Shown one piece after another: positions 26,761 to 40,783 of a stretch of 64,000 nucleotides of DNA. Each line of letters begins with the position of its first letter. Within the stretch, counting starts at the first letter, position 1. The stretch covers positions 366,296,001 to 366,360,000 of the forward strand of contig OZ024743.1 of the NCBI GenBank assembly GCA_964016885.1, in the 5' to 3' direction. The position numbers were made by a program, and so were the translations under genes. The notes below the pieces were generated by a model that saw only the letters and a list, made by a program, of their open reading frames with translations, was not told the origin of the DNA and searched no databases. This DNA comes from Eledone cirrhosa (lineage: Eukaryota).

Positions 26761-26961
26761 AATTGAAATAGAAGCTTCACCATAATATTTTGACTAAATA
26801 GTATAGTCTAATAATGGGGCATATAAATCAGCTGAATGGAAACGGATGAGTATCATGTGTGCTAATACTCATCTTTTTCCATTGTGGGTTTATATGCCCC
26901 ATTATTAGACTATACTATTTAATCAAAATATTATGGTGAAGCTTCTAATTCTATTTCAATT
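26761..26961. repeat. ~200-bp fold-back (MITE-like palindrome)
   Basis: ~59-bp arms 26769-26827 / 26889-26947 with one mismatch, plus inner stems AATGGAAA/TTTCCATT and GATGAGTAT/ATACTCATC. Confidence 0.85.
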
Positions 26962-29900
26962 TTAAAATATTGGAATTAAAACCTGCCTCACTGTTAAATG
27001 TAAATATGTTTTAAGCACCAACTTAACTCTTTCATTACCATATTTCTAACAAAGCCACTGCCTGTGATTTTCAGAGAGTCTCGAAAATAATCAAGAATTT
27101 GGAAGGATTTAGTAATATAACTAACTTTCTCATTATTAAATTGTTGTTAGGAACATAATAAATGCTCTCACATAAAATTATAATGGAAGGTTTTTTTTGA
27201 TAAAAATAAACAGTTTTATATCATTGAACTAGGGGCTGTTTCAGGTTGTTTATTATTAAAACGATTAAATAATAGAAAAGTTCAAATGCTTGATTATTTT
27301 CCAAATTAATTTAAAGCCATATGATATATATTTATTTAAAAGTATGATCATGAAAGGAATAATCTAAATAATTTTCTGTACTTAGCTCTAATATGTTCCT
27401 AAATTTTCCACCTGGAATGTACTATTATTGTTATTGTAACAACCACCTCTACTTGTTTATGTCTCAGCTTCATCCTGCCTGCAATCCTTGCTATACAACT
27501 GGCTGTCACCATATTAATTAGTATCTATCATCATTGCTGTGTTAGTTGTTTTGGTAATTGGATAATCCTATGATGACAACATGATGGCAAATTATGATAA
27601 GTCTGGAGTTCACAAAGAGCTGCTAGATTCTTATTAGTATTTTATATCTTTCAATAACATCATCATCATCTTATTTAGGGTTGCTTATCCATACTTGTAC
27701 AGGTTGGACAAGATGTTTTGAGGCAGTTTTCTATGGTTGGATGCCCTTCTTGATGCAAAACCCTACTATATATTCAAGTATAATATATAATGCTGTTGCT
27801 CATTTAATTACTACACTAGAAGTATCAACTTGCTTCATGCCTCTACAAATATACTCGTTCTGCTTGAAATAGCAGCTAAATCTTTTTCATATAAATTTTT
27901 AAGGCCATTAAAACTTGCACACATTGAGATATACTGTAAATACCACAGCTAAAATGCCTTTGATCACAGCTCTACTTTGTCAGTTTTGATCTGAAGTTAA
28001 CTACAGCAGCAATAAGGTGCAAAATTTCAAATTGCATATGCACACACTCACAGTTACAACAACTGAAAGTAGAGACCAAAGAACAAGGAATCAGACTGTA
28101 CCAGGTGAAAATGGATAACTGATAAAAAGACTGGAAAAAATAAAAATTCTTCAGATACCTGCAGATGGTTTAAATCAAATGGCAAGTTTATGCTCTTGAC
28201 AGTTTTACACTGAAGTAGAGGTTCTTAATAAAAAAAAAAAACACCAATGCTTACTTTAAGTGTTTTCAAAAAGAGTTGGCATCTGAAGGTTAAGTTTTGC
28301 ATCCTATATCAGATGATGAGCATAAGCTTGAGATTTTGTGATTATGGTGATGTAAGTAAATACTTCTGAACTTTTGGACCAAATTGTTCCTGCCAACTTA
28401 GGATATTATGAGTCTAATTATACTGACAAGAAAACCTAGCTTTCCTTCCTTCCATTTCTCTTTGTTCTAATTAACAGCTCAGTTGCATTTCACTCAGTAT
28501 TGCCAGATGTTAACGACAAGCCCTTCATTTACAATTAATACACATTTTGTTTTAGATTTATCTTCTCTCATATTATAAGAAAAAAAAAAACCGAAAAATA
28601 AGGGTCAAATTACTGTTATTCCAAACAACCATTATTATTCAATCTTGTCTCAAGTGGCATAACATGTCACAATATGGCACTCGGTAAAATATGATCAGAA
28701 CACACAAGAGCAAGTACATGTGTATTTTGAGAATGTAAATGTTTTTTTTTATTAATATGAATGTAATCATGTTGTGTGTGACTATATGTAGGACTAAAAC
28801 TCAGTCATCACTGAAAAGAAATGTAATTATTGGTAATGTCACTTTCCTCTAATTCTACAAAGTAGTTTGAAAAGCATCAACATTTTTTGTAATATTTATT
28901 GTTCTAACTACAAGGTGGTGAATTGGAAAAAGTGTTAGAACTCTAGATGAAATACCTTGTAATTTATTCTGGCCCCTTCAATTCTGAGTTCATATTCAGC
29001 TGGGGTCAACTTTGCCTTTCATCATTCTGGGAATCAATAAAATACCAGTCTATGGTGGTGTATTGTCAGATTCACTAGCGCATTGGATGGGATGCTTTGC
29101 AATATTTGTGCGAGCTAAATTCCCCTCTAATCACATAAAAAAAAAGGAAATATTAGATAATTGATTTTAGATGCACTCTACCTGTAAGAGATGGGATGGT
29201 ATAGATGGAATACTTTTGATCATAAGTTTGCTTAACTAAAGCTAACCTAATAAATAACATGATTTCTGCTCTCCTTCTTTTGTTATTTCTCCAAAGTATA
29301 TCATATACACTTGTGGACACAGTCATGAGTGGTTACTATGTTTGCATTGCTATTATGAAGCCTGTGGTTGGATTCTATTTTGTAACGTAATGGGCAAGTG
29401 TCTTTACCAGGACCTTGGATCATCCCAAGCCATGTGAGTGAAATTGGGTCAAACAAAACAGTAGAACACTGTTAGACAGACTATGTATAATTCATAGGTC
29501 CTGACTCTTCACATATTGTGCCACATTCATTCAGATTAAGATATACATTAATAGTAAAAGTGTCTGTGGAATACTCATCCACTTTAAACATTAATTTAAA
29601 GAGTAGGATGCAAAGTTGATCAAACAACTGAATGTAATCGTTGAAAATGATGAAGGACCCATTCTCACATACTCAATCCTTAATATTCAAAACAATATAA
29701 TTCTGGAACTTGCTCTCTACCTTTGTAGTCATCTGTTACTTTATGCTAATTCAATTTAAACATCAACTACCCAAACCACCCTTATACATCCTGATCCTCC
29801 AGACTAGGAAATTCTACAGGAAGTTAAGCACCTATCTTCCTTTTAGATTAACAAATGGAAAGTTTATTACTTCCATAATTTCTATTTACAGTATTGCTGC

Positions 29901-30774
29901 TAACACAATCATTTCTAAGGTGATTGTTACCAGCATTATTACACATTTTACATTTAATGGCTGTCTTACTCATTACATTTAACTACATTTTCATTATTTC
30001 TTTACCCATTTCAAATTAACATGATTCCCCTACAAGAACAAATACCAAGTTTGCTTTATAGAATTTTGTTCACAACATGGTGCCAAAATCAGGCAAACAG
30101 GTTAAGTACCAATATTCAGGAATGGTGGAATAATTTAGTCCAAGATATTGGACTAAAGGATTTCAAAGATATGAGCTGAAAATCTGCCAGAGTAATTGTT
30201 TTGTATTTATAAGCAAAGTACATTAAACTACTTCACTTATTCTGCTGAGATGTTAAAGTAATAATAAATAATGGTTTGGCAGGAAAGAAAGCAGGGTATA
30301 ATAATTCCTGTTGTGAGTGAAAAAGATAATGAAGGTATGAGTTTATTAAACTAAACAATACATGCATATTTGTAAAGCTATCCAAATACTCATGGTAAAA
30401 TAAAACTAAGTACAATTGTGAAAACAAACAATATAAATAAAAAATATTAATAAATGACAACTTGAAAATGCTTTTATCATTTTTATGTAGAAAATTAATT
30501 ATTTTGAGACATTTTCAGATTTTCTCGAAAAATTTGAATTAGTTCCTCCTTTTTAACTTCTGTTTCTTCCTCTCTTCTCTCCCATTTCATATTTTAATAC
30601 TCTCCCTCTTTCACATCTTTCATTACATTCTTCTTCACCATTCTTCATGGAAGTGATATGTTGAAGAGATTGTTAAATTCTAAAGTCATTGTGTATGTAC
30701 ATAATTGTTTTCCAAGAGTCCTTAACTCAATCTGTTGATCTGTCTTTCTCTGCTACTCTCTCTCTGTCTCAAAG

Positions 30775-30836
<62 letters not shown>

Positions 30837-30974
30837 GTCATCACAGATTGAAGTCATTTCAATACCAACCCACCTGATCTGCCCTCTATAAAGTGTTCTT
30901 ATGAATTAATATCCTGATCAAAACTTCATAAATATCAATTAAGTTTCAGCTGGTCTATTCCAGCATTACATATA

Positions 30975-31497
30975 TATTGCCCTGTCTTACTATATTCCAT
31001 AGTAGGTGGCAGTGAGAGGGAGGGGGTGTCAAGGTGTTGGATGGGAGAGGATACTTGTTGCTGGTATTGAGGGGACTGTAGAAGAGGGGGTTGCGAATCT
31101 GTCCTGTAGAGGTCAGCGCGCCACACCACCACGGCGTTGCCCTTGTTTGTCAGTTTGCTAATGATGTCATTGTCGTTTCGAAGGAGCAGAGAGTGGCGAG
31201 TTCAGCTCGAGAGAGGTTGCTCCATTTGGAGATTTGGCGGAATTTGAATCGGTTTGTGGTGCTATGGCAGGCATTGACAAAAGTGTCCAGGATGCTAAAT
31301 TGTCCAGGTGCTTGCATCTATTGAGATGGTTGCCGGCCCGAGGCCAAGCAATGGTCCAGGTTGTTTGGAGCCGGTGATATACCATGGAAGTGCACCTGCA
31401 GTTTAGTGTGGCACAAGAACTGTTCAATGTCCGCTCAAGTGCAGAATTCTTCACTATGTGGTGTGAGGTATGAAGCGCAGGCCTCTACTGAGGAGGG
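30975..31497 (-). mobile_element. Penelope-like element RT N-terminal fragment (DKG region), degenerate
   Basis: Minus strand with one frameshift: NLSRAELATLCS/LRNDNDIISKLTNKGNAVVVWRADLYR. This matches the PLE motif NLsxxExxALxxLxxxxDIxIKPADKGxAVVVW...Y. Short TA runs on both sides. Confidence 0.75.
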
Positions 31498-32644
31498 ATA
31501 TATATATATATAAGGCATGTATGCTAAACCAAATAACAACAAATGGCTCTAAACCTTCAGGATATTTATATTCAACCATAAGTAGAGAACAACATACACA
31601 CAATGTGTGAGTATGTTCTGAAAGTGAAATTTTTATTTTTATGCTATTGTTTGTGCTGACATATTAATTACATGTGTAACTTAGACACAGTCATGCAAAG
31701 ACTCATATTCACACACATCAATGAATATCTATAAATACTCATACTAACACTCATACAAATACACATGTGCATCTACTAAAAGTTATTATTCACATGCAAT
31801 TATTATACAAATACATTTTTATATATGTATGTTTAGAATCTTTACAAACCTATATATATACACATACACACAATTATATCTAAATATACCACTACACAAT
31901 TGCACATAAGAATGAAGAGAAAGATCTTCATATCATGCGTAAGAGGAATTTAATCTCTTCCATATGGTCTGTCAAGTTGCCAACATCATTACAATTTACT
32001 CTCACAACTCTTTGTATTCTGCACCCTTAATAAAATATTCTATTAATGGGATGGCTCATTAGTTGTTTAAATAGATATCAGGTCTACTTTTACTATATAC
32101 AAAACATAAACTTCCTACCAAATTTTCAGCTAACTCTTGAAGTATCTAGACTTTAGGCCCTTGTTATAAATGATATGACATATATACTTGTAGATAAGTC
32201 TCATTTTTTTTTTATTTTTACTACAGCATTAGGTGCAAAAAGCAGCATGCGACTTACTAAACCTTGCCTTGGGCTTGAAATATTAATGCAGTCACAATAT
32301 TGTAAACACAAGAGGGATGTGACTTATGTATGAGTATATATATGATATTCCCATTTTTAATGTAATTCTTCTCATAAGTGGATTTATGGTACATGGGTCA
32401 TGAGTTGTGTATTTTGTTGCATATAGTAGAGGAATATAATTCTACATGCCACAATTGTTCTACAACCCCAGGTGATCTCTAAACTAACCATAACCATAAC
32501 AGTAGGGTGGCTGAATTGTAAGATAGATTTTAATTTATTTTCTAGAAAGACAAACAACAATGTAGAGCTTCCTTTATTGATTTGGGAATAAGAAGTCAGG
32601 ACTTCTTGAAAAGGTTCCTTTTTAGTGCCGTATATATTGGTATA

Positions 32645-33200
32645 TACAAGCCTCACTCCCTCTTCCTTTCTTGAGCCATAACCATAGCCACCATGAACTC
32701 CAGTGAATCCACCCTGGTACTGTCCAACATGTCTGTTGAAGTCGCCTGCCAAAAGGATGAGGTCTCTTTCATCAGTAACTGAGGTTGTCTGTAAAGGTTC
32801 CTCTTAGAAACGGTCCTTTTGTTCTCTACTTAGTCATGCCCATGGTGTATGGGTAGATGTAATAGTCACCATTCTATTTCCTACAGTTAATCTATGCTTG
32901 ATAATTCTGTCACTTACTCTAACTACCTCTATCACCTTATCTATTCGTTTCTCAGCTAGTAAGATGCCTACACCACCTACCCCATGTTCATTTCCTACAC
33001 AGTAAAGTTTGTATCTATGTTGTTTGCATATGAGTAGTCTCGCTGAGACACCCCTCCATCTCACCTCTTGTACATAGCATACATCCACTTCTCTCCTCTC
33101 TAACAGCTCCACAATTTCACTTGAATTTACCTTTCAGGGTGCCAACACTGAGAGTGGCATTCCTGGTATTTGTAACTTGACAGTGGTTCGTTCCTTGAGT
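32645..33200 (-). mobile_element. RTE LINE 5' part (APE endonuclease), degenerate
   Basis: VDVCYVQEVRWRG...GVGGVGILLAEK...VSDRII and AGDFNRHVG...GVHGGYGYGSRKEEG. Confidence 0.88.
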
Positions 33201-33497
33201 AACAGTTCTTTGTACCTGAAAGGGGGGAAAAGCTTGATGACAGTTGAGGTATTCTCATACATGGTTGCTCTAGCCAACCCACCACCATGCACATCACTAA
33301 CATAACTAGTGTTAGCCCTGTATACACAAATAATGTGAATCTTATGTGTTGTGCTTACCATAATTTTATCAGGGTTTTTCTAGCTGGATACCCTTCCTAT
33401 CACCAAATACTTTACAGTGTGGACTGGGTGCATTTTTCGTGCTACCAACACTAAAGAGTTTGTCTTCATAGACTCAAGAGTCCTCTCCACCCTATAT

Positions 33498-33720
33498 CAG
33501 TTTTTATTCAGAGTGTCTACTCTCCCAGGCAGGTTGCCTTCACTATGGCTTACAGAGTCCATGCCTGCACCATGCAGTCATTTTTAATCAGAGCCACAAC
33601 CCTTCTAGGCTGGTTGCTTTCACTATGGCTTACGGAGTCCATGTCTACACCATGCAGTCATCTTTAATCAGTCACTGCCGTCCTAGATGGGTTGCCTTCA
33701 CTACAGCCCCATACAGTCAT
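33498..33720. repeat. ~80-bp tandem repeat (about 2.8 copies) upstream of the RTE 5' part
   Basis: GGTTGC(C/T)TTCACTA recurs at 33532, 33612 and 33690. Confidence 0.8.
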
Positions 33721-34054
33721 ATAAGAATATATAATGAACTGTTATTCTTATCATTGTTAATATTGTCAGTGTTGGACAAAATGTTCCACAATATATAATT
33801 TCAACTCTCTACATTTTGAGTTTAAATTCTGCCACGGTCAACTTTGGGGTCAATATAAAATACCAGTCAAGTACTGGAGTCAATTTAATCAACTTCTCCC
33901 TCCTCTCAAAATTGCTGGCTGCTTTGAAATCATTAATCCCGTCGAGGTTAACTTTGCCTTTCATCCTTACGGGGTCAATAAAATAAAGTACCAGTAAGGA
34001 ATGGGTAATTGCTGGCCTTGTGCCAAAATTAGAAACAATTATTATGATTATTAA

Positions 34055-34250
34055 GGGCGGTGGATTGGCAGTATCGGTAGAGGGTCGGACGGCATGATTT
34101 GACGCATAGAGTTACGGCCCTTGCCATTCTGAGTTCAAATCCCGCCGAGGTTAACTTTGCCTTTCATCCTTACGGGGTCGATAAAATAAAGTACCAGTAA
34201 TGCACTGGGTAATTGCTGGCCTTCTGCCAAACGTAGAAACAATTATTATA
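34055..34250 (+). mobile_element. SINE family 1, full copy, last of three tandem copies (33755-34250)
   Basis: tRNA-like head GGCGGTGGATTGGCAGTATCGGTAGAG, B-box GTTCAAATC and Meta-like centre. Flanked by the direct repeat ATTATTAAGG. Confidence 0.88.
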
Positions 34251-34489
34251 ATTATTAAGGAGTCTCTGAGAGAGAGAGGGAGTGACTGACCTGATGGCTA
34301 CGATTATTTTTGGATGGGGCAGGAGGGGGGGGGGGGGCACAAGCAAGGCATCGGAAATGGAAACAAATGTTTCTTCTTCCAAGGTGAAGAAGAATATAAA
34401 ATACAATAACAGACTTGTTAAGGATGCCTGGATAGAGAATCCCTACTATGCCCCACCCCCACCCACAGATGGATATAACATCGTTTAAT

Positions 34490-35480
34490 ATATTTTCCTC
34501 TTTCTCTTTTGTTTTCCCCCTCCTATCTTGAATTATTTTCCATTTTCTCTCGCCTTTTCATTCTTTTTTTTGTTGTTAATATTTTTTCTTTTGTTTGTAT
34601 TTTTATCTGGTCCTTCAGTTATTGTTTCCTTTGTTATTGTTATTCTCTCTCCCCCTCTATCTCTCTCTCCCTCCCTCCCTCCCTCTCTCTCTGCCTCCCT
34701 CTCTCTGTCTGTTTCTCTCCTCCCTCTCTTCCTCATTATTACCCTCCCCCCCTCTCTCCCTCACTTCACCTCTCAGAAATTATTGATAATTGCTATTTTT
34801 CTTTTCCATCTTTCTCTCTTCTCCTTCTCTTGGAAATTGTTATTTGATAATTCCTCTCTTTCTTTTCTCTGTCTCTCCCTTCCTCTTTTCTTCTCTCTCT
34901 CTCTTGGAAGCTATTTTTTTATTTGGCAATTTTGTTTCTTTTTCTTTTCTGCCACCCCTCCTCTCCTTCCTAAACCTTCCTTTTGTTTTCTTTTCTACAA
35001 TATTCTCCACTATTCCAGTTTAACTACTACATCTATTAATCTGACCCCTTCTCCTCCTCCACACTACAGGAATCTCTTTTATTTCTTTATCTATTTGTTA
35101 TTGTTGTTGTTCCAATATTTTTGTCTGTCTGTGTGTCTGTGTTTACAATCTTTGTTTTTATCTTTGTTTTATTTTGTTATTGGTAGTTGTTTTTTTGTTT
35201 TGTTTTGTCTATTTTTGTCTATCATTAGGTTTTTTTTCCTGTCTTCTGACTTTTTACTATCTATTTCATTGTTCTTCTTACACATTTTCTTTTCTTTCTT
35301 TTTTTACCCTCTCTCATTTTCTCTTTTATTTTTCTTTCTTTTCTCTCTCTCTCCCACCCTACTTCTATTAATTTCTAATTTTTTTTTGTCTCTTATCACT
35401 TTTCTCCCCCCCCCCCCCCTCTCTTCTCTGTCTAGTTCTTGTTCTCTGTCAACCTAACCCTTTCATTCTACCTCTTTCTT
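34490..35480. repeat. Pyrimidine-rich low-complexity tract
   Basis: CT/T-rich sequence; explains the 309-aa F/L/S ORF. Confidence 0.85.
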
Positions 35481-36493
35481 CCCCATCTATATATACATTT
35501 GTTCTTTGACTGAAGCCATGCTGGGGCACCACTTGGAAATTACTCAATCATGTTGAATCCAGTACTATTTTTTTCAAGTTTTATTGATTTCTTTTTGTCA
35601 AACCGCTAAGTTACAGGAACACAACCACCCACAGACATAGTAGATGCACATATGAGCATGTATACAATGGGCTTCTACAGCTTTGTCTATCAAAGTATTC
35701 TTGATACAGAATTTAAGGTTCAATTAGACTAGGATTAAGCTTTATGTCTAGTATATGAAAGAAAAGAAAAGAACTGACCCATTAATGGGATTGAGGAAAA
35801 ATATTGTATATCGTCATTTTATTACTATCTGCTAGTCACAGCTGATGGTGGCAAGACTTTATCACTGACAGGACATTGGTCAATGTGATGCTATACTAAA
35901 AGATAAATGGTCAAAATATTTCATAGTGGGAGTGAACTTGAAACAAATTCCTTAACCACACAGGATACCTGCACCTATCAATATATTTTCTTCTGTTCTT
36001 ATCTACCAACATCTCTTCTCTCTCTTTTTCTCTCATAATATATTTATACTCTCCATATCCCCCCCCCCTCCTCACTATCAGTGTATTTCTACTCCCTTCT
36101 GTCTCCTTTCTCTCTTACATTATGTCCCCATCTTTTCCGACAAACTTGCTTCTTTCTCTTTTTCTACTTCTAAACACCTTATTTTTCCTCTCCACATCTT
36201 ATTTGTAATTTCTTTCTTGCTTTCTTTCTTTCTCTTTTTCTCTATCTCTAGTTACGACCCCCCCCCCCCACCCCACCCCTTCATTGCTTTTGGGGTCCAA
36301 CCTTCCTAGCACATACCTATGCATTATATATATATACAATTGGGGTGGATTGGCAGTATCGGTAGAGGATCGGACGCCATGCTTTCCAGCATAGTTACGT
36401 CCCTTTACGATCTGAGTTCAAATCCCGCCGAGGTTGACTTTGCCTTTCATCCTTACGGGGTCAATAAAATAAAGTACCAGTAATGCACTGGGT

Positions 36494-36528
<35 letters not shown>

Positions 36529-36667
36529 TGTAGGTGTGTGTGTGTGTACAAGTTCTCTTTCAAAAGTAATTCTTCTAATTACTCTCTCCCATCTTTTACC
36601 AAATTCCTAGATTGCTATCTATCACACAAAGAAAATCTTTCTTTTATCACACAGACAGCCATCACCC

Positions 36668-36700
<33 letters not shown>

Positions 36701-36810
36701 GGCAACCATCATCATATATATGTGTATGTGTGTCTAGACACATAAGCACACACATATATACATGGCATTGTTTCACTTTCTCTCTCTATCAAAATTAGGC
36801 TTTGTGTTCC

Positions 36811-36901
<91 letters not shown>

Positions 36902-37089
36902 TATGATGCTTTACATAGATGTTATATGTAATTGTTATTCATTACATTATATATATTACAACAGTAACTACCAACATATAAACATGTATATATACATGCC
37001 ATGTACAATGTATATTTAAATTTGTTTATACATACATTATAGCAATTGATTAAAAAAGCACATATACATACTATGCATTCCTTTCCCCG

Positions 37090-37960
<871 letters not shown>

Positions 37961-38562
37961 GTCAGGTCACCAGTTGGTGCTACTGGTAACATGTATCCCA
38001 GTACAACCTGTCCCATGGTCGGGTCGTTGGCGACTAAACTGGCAACCCCACCAAGGTTTCTTGGTGAGGAGGGTGACTTTGGACATCCTGCAGGACTAAA
38101 AACAAAACCTGGCAAAGGAGCTCTTAAGAGTCAATGGCCATCCAAAATCACCAGGAGAGATGACCCCTTAGCCTTTGTCAAGGCAGAATTCTAAGAGAAG
38201 GAAAACTCTGATATAACACCTGCAACCCTGATGGTATCCAATGATGTTGACTTATTCTTCTTTTTGGTAAATATCATCTTGGTTAAGAGAGTGGGACTGG
38301 CTTTGTGCAGTGCCTTTGCTCACTATAAAAGCTTCACGGCACAGGCATTGCTTTATATCTGGAGATCTCTCTACACTTGTCGTCACATGGTACCAAAGGC
38401 CCAACACTATGTGTCAATAATTGTCACAGGTGTAGTGTTTGTACCAGAGTTTTCAAGTCGCTGGCTGGACTAAAAGTCACACTTGTTTAGCGCATCGGTA
38501 GGGGTTCTCCTACATGGATATAGGGTAGTGGCCGTACTCGAAAACGAGTTGGCAGCCACCAT
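37961..38562 (+). mobile_element. Bipartite non-autonomous RTE derivative (5' UTR joined to 3' end)
   Basis: RTE-5'-UTR-like motif GAGAAGGAAAACTCTGA, then a zinc-finger remnant [17 protein letters not shown]. The terminus GGCCGTACTCGAAAACGAGTTGGCAGCCACCAT matches the end of the RTE at 40784-43013. Confidence 0.72.
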
Positions 38563-39112
38563 GTATATATATATATATATGTATTTATATATATATATAT
38601 ATATGTATGTATATATATATATATATATGTATGTATATATATATATATGTATGTATATATATATATATGTATGTATATATATATATATATGTATGTATAT
38701 ATATATATATGTATGTATATATATATATATGTATGTATATATATATATATGTATGTATATATATATATATGTATGTATATATATATATATGTATGTATAT
38801 ATATATATATATGTATGTATATATATATATATATGTATGTATATATATATATATATGTATGTATATATATATATATATGTATGTATATATATATATGTAT
38901 GTATATATATATATGTATGTATATATATATATATGTATGTATGTATATATATATATATATATGTATGTATATATATATATATATGTATGTATATATATAT
39001 ATATATGTATGTATATATATATATATATGTATGTATATATATATATATGTATGTATGTATATATATATATATATGTATGTATGTATATATATATATATAT
39101 GTATGTATGTAT

Positions 39113-40013
39113 GTAAACAGTAGACAGCTTCTGCTACCTAGGTGACCGAATTAGCAGCGGAGGTGGGTGTTCAGAAAGTACAATAACTAGGGTAAGAACG
39201 GGATGGAAGAAGTTCAGGGAACTACTACCACTGCTAGCTGCAAAAGGTTTCTCCCTCAGAAAGAAAGGCAGACTGTATGATGCGTGTATCCGAACAGCGA
39301 TGTTACATGGTAGTGAGACCTGGGCGCTGAAGGTGGAAGACTTACGTAGATTAGAGAGAAACGAAGCCTGCATGCGTCGATGGATGTGTAACAGTAATAT
39401 ACGTGAACGACAAAGCATAAATGAATTGAGAGAGAGACTGAGCATAAGAGGAATCAAATGCTGTGTGCAGGAGAGGCGGTTGCGCTGGTATGGACATGTG
39501 ATGCGTATGATGGATGATAGCTGCATAAAAAGGTGCAGAGCACTAGAAGTTGATGGAAACCGCGGAGTGGGGAGACCCAAGATGACCTGGGATGAGGTGA
39601 TAAAAGCCGACCATACCCAATTACACCTCTCAAAGGCAATGACACACGACCGTGACTTCTGGCGTCACACAGTAATACAGAGTACCCGACCTCCCATGGG
39701 TACAAGCTGAAGCATATAGACAATATGCCCCACACCCCCCACACCCCCCACCGCAAGGTGGTCGTGGAGGCGCCACGGCAAAAAAGCACCCAGCCCACAC
39801 TGTAAAGTGGACATGTAGGCGCCACAAAAAAGCACCCAGCACTCACTGTAAATGAGGTTGGTGTTAGGAAGGGCATCCAGCTGTAGAAATCAAGCCAAAT
39901 CAGTTCCTGTATGAGCATGGCATGGTCAACCGACCAGACACTGCCCACAACAGGACAACCCGTCTAACCCATGCTAGCGTGGAAGAACGGACATAAAACG
40001 GTGATGATGATGA
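39113..40013 (+). mobile_element. RTE LINE family C, 3' fragment
   Basis: VDSFCYLGD...MLHGSETW...RLRWYGHV, stop at 39710, 3' UTR and (GAT)n tail. Related to but distinct from family A. Confidence 0.93.
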
Positions 40014-40211
40014 TATGTATGTATATATGTATGTATATATATATGTATGTATATATATATGTATGTATATATGTATGTATGTATATATATATATATGTAT
40101 GTATATATATATATGTATGTATATATGTATGTATGTATATATGTATGTATATATATATGTATGTATATATGTATGTATATATGTATGTATGTATGTATAT
40201 ATGTATGTATG

Positions 40212-40245
<34 letters not shown>

Positions 40246-40251
40246 TGTATG

Positions 40252-40282
<31 letters not shown>

Positions 40283-40387
40283 GTATATATATATATATGT
40301 ATGTATATATATATGTATATATATATGTATGTATATATATATGTATGTATATATGTATGTATATATATATGTATATATATATGTATG

Positions 40388-40427
<40 letters not shown>

Positions 40428-40445
40428 TGTATATATATATGTATG

Positions 40446-40476
<31 letters not shown>

Positions 40477-40643
40477 GTATATATATATGTATGTATATAT
40501 ATATGTATATATATATGTATGTATATATATATGTATATATATATGTATGTATATATATATGTATGTATATATATATGTATATATATATGTATATATATAT
40601 GTATATATATATATATATATGTATATGTATGTATATATATATG

Positions 40644-40674
<31 letters not shown>

Positions 40675-40783
40675 GTATGTATATATATATGTATATATAT
40701 ATATGTATGTATATATATATGTATGTATATATGTATATATATATGTATGTATATATATATATGTATGTATATATATATGTATG

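Noticed and set aside
34528-35457. 309-aa hydrophobic ORF resembling a membrane protein
   Set aside because: Product of a CT/T-rich low-complexity tract with no recognisable domain.
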